This document shows positions 62,107-64,000 of a stretch of DNA of 64,000 bases, piece after piece (the stretch's first letter is position 1; every line of letters starts with the position of its first letter). Below the pieces are notes generated by a model. That model was not told the DNA's origin, ran no database searches, and worked only from the letters and a program-made list of their open reading frames with translations. Source of the stretch: Longimicrobiales bacterium (GTDB lineage: Bacteria; Gemmatimonadota; Gemmatimonadetes; Longimicrobiales; Gaopeijiaceae); assembly GCA_965218295.1 (NCBI GenBank), contig CBDCKN010000014.1:107770-171769 (forward strand). Direction: 5' to 3'. A program made the position numbers and the translations under genes.

Positions 62107-62733
62107 TTGGACGCGAGGTCCATCCTCTCTTTTCCCTCCGTCTACCGGCTTCTAGGGACGCTGATCGGGGCTCATCGGGCCCGCAGCGAGTGCGTGGAGC
62201 GTTACATCCGCCCCAAAGCCTCGGATCGCGTCCTGGACTGTGGCTGCGGCCCGGGCGATCTCCTCGACTTCCTCCCGTCGGTCGACTACGTGGGAATCGA
62301 CATCGACGAAGAGTACATCGCCGCAGCCCGCAGCCGCTATGGCGACCGAGCCACCTTCCGACTCGGCTCGGTGGGGCAAGAGACCATGCACGAAGAGGAC
62401 CACTATGACCTGGTTTTGGCCTGGGGCCTGCTTCACCACCTCGACGACAACCAGGCGAGCGACTTCCTGCGATTAACCCGCCGGAGCCTGAAGCCCACCG
62501 GTCGGCTGGTCACGATGGACGGCTGTTACACTGACGATCAGTCCAGAGCGGCCCGCTACCTGCTCGACTCGGACCGGGGCTCCCACGTGCGCTCGCTCGA
62601 GGGCTGGCTCGAGCTGGTCCGGCCCGTCTTCCCTGCGGTGGAGGCTCACCTGCGACACGATCTGCTACGCATCCCCTGGACGCACCTTATCATGGAATGT
62701 CCAGCCAGCTCGGGCGATACCAAGATTCTGTAA
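62107..62733 (+). CDS. class I SAM-dependent methyltransferase
   Basis: VLDCGCGPG, GLLHHLDD, LKPTGRL. Confidence 0.9.
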   Translation: MDARSILSFPSVYRLLGTLIGAHRARSECVERYIRPKASDRVLDCGCGPGDLLDFLPSVDYVGIDIDEEYIAAARSRYGDRATFRLGSVGQETMHEEDHYDLVLAWGLLHHLDDNQASDFLRLTRRSLKPTGRLVTMDGCYTDDQSRAARYLLDSDRGSHVRSLEGWLELVRPVFPAVEAHLRHDLLRIPWTHLIMECPASSGDTKIL

Positions 62734-62801
62734 ACCGACGAGGCGGAGTGAAGGCCGCGGGGCTCCACTCGATCCGGAAACCAGGTGCTCGAGCCGGTGG
62801 T

Positions 62802-64000
62802 CTAGGGCACGGCGGAGGGTGGCACCGGTCCCCACAGGATCGCCATGGCCTCGGCGTAGGAGACGAGCTCGGGAGCAGCCTCCGGAGCCTTGGGCACGAA
62901 GACGAAGGCGGCCCGATCCGGATACAAGGCGAAGATCCGCCGGTTCTTCTCAGGACCGAGATCCCGCACGAACAGGGGTAGACCTCTTTCGATTCCCGGG
63001 AGGTCTCCTTGCCCAGACCAGAGGGGCGAGGGCCACGGCCCCGAAGCGATCGGCGTGGAGTTGTTGGATGCAGGAGTCCGGGAAGACTTCGTTCGGACGG
63101 ATCCGCAGGGTAGCTCCGGTGGGAGCGGGGGGTCGTTGGATGTCCGGGGGCGTGCCGGGGATCTGGTCCAAGTCCACTTCGGGCAACGTCACATCTCGAG
63201 ATCCTCGAGCGATCGCCGCGCGGCCCAGGGCGTAGAGGTGCAGTTGGCAGTTCGTGTTTCTCCTCAGCGCCGTGATGACGGTGTCCTGACGCACACCTCC
63301 GACGCCCTGGAGGGTGGCACTCAGGCGCTCGTTCCACGACGTGTGAACGAAGACGATGGCAGCCGACTCGGTGGGGGGCTCGGGCGGCGTGATGCGCTCC
63401 AGGGTCTCCTGGCTCCATCCGTAGCTTCCCCATCGGCTTGGAACGCCCCAGACCACGGCCCCGAGGACCCCCAGGACAATGGCCCACGTGGCCATGTCCC
63501 GGGCCCACCGGTTCGCCGTGATGCGGCTGTCAGGAGCCGGCTCCTGTGCCGGCTCGGCGTGATCGTCCCCCTCGGAGCGGTACGCGGTGCTCGGAACGTC
63601 CGCATCTTGGCCCGCATCCTGCCCCGGGCCGCCGCCAGAGCGAGGGCCGCCAGCACGCTTATGGCGATCCAGGCCGGAGCAGCCTCGAACAGCATGCGCA
63701 CGTCATGAAACCAGTAGTAGCCGTTGGCGAGACCGGCAGTATGGCCCAGGCCAGGAGGACCCCCATCCCTCGGGGAAGGCTCGTGGCTGTCAGGAGGTAG
63801 AGGCCGATGAACGCGGTGACGGGGAAGGGAGTCTCCAGAAGTTGAATGCCCATGCTCAGCACGTCCGACGACGTGAAGCCCAGGGCCTCCTCCAGGGTGT
63901 ACGGGTAGCCCCACGGGTCCATGTGGAAGCCCAGGCGGTGATGGTCCCCTAACCCTGCAGGTACCCGAGCGTAAGGGGATTCCCGAAGAGACGGCCGTTG
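62802..64000 (-). CDS. polytopic membrane protein (possibly GT-C-like), 5'-partial, several apparent frameshifts
   Basis: Hydrophobic pieces in ORFs 63659-63922, 63321-63914 and 62950-63495 join; tail LFVRDLGPEKNRRIF...AILWGP ends at TAG 62802-62804. Confidence 0.55.

Overview
High-GC bacterial chromosome segment. The gene set (Ser/Thr kinase fused to a PD40 propeller, VPS10-like proteins, HEAT + HD-GYP pair) resembles Gemmatimonadota, and an LRR fragment plus heavy IS load suggest a host-associated lineage; both are inference. The housekeeping backbone includes DUF512-der-plsY-gpsA, merR-surE-pcm-yqaA, rho, tesA/ybbA/ybbP, ftcD and a proline dehydrogenase. Mobile DNA stands out. (1) A ~7.95-kb P4-type-integrase element sits in the 3' end of a DUF151 gene; its 9-bp att core, flanking repeats and displaced C-terminus are all visible. 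(2) Inside it, an IS110/IS1111 element carries a putative bridge RNA whose guides match its own insertion site, the loop of an oriT-like palindrome. (3) A 3.3-kb IS66-like element has 49-bp perfect TIRs, an 8-bp TSD and a DUF4338 (DruA-family) gene instead of tnpA/tnpB. (4) There are two apparently identical IS481 copies. (5) Eight copies of a modular MITE-like family mostly sit on stop codons. Clean deletions have destroyed hutH/hutU/hutI while sparing ftcD (which carries a C2H2 zinc-finger-like insert) and have fused an acetyltransferase to a GT2 tail. Many 1-bp frameshifts fall in homopolymer runs and may be sequencing errors. No rRNA, tRNA or CRISPR array was recognised. All family calls come from motif recognition, without database searches.
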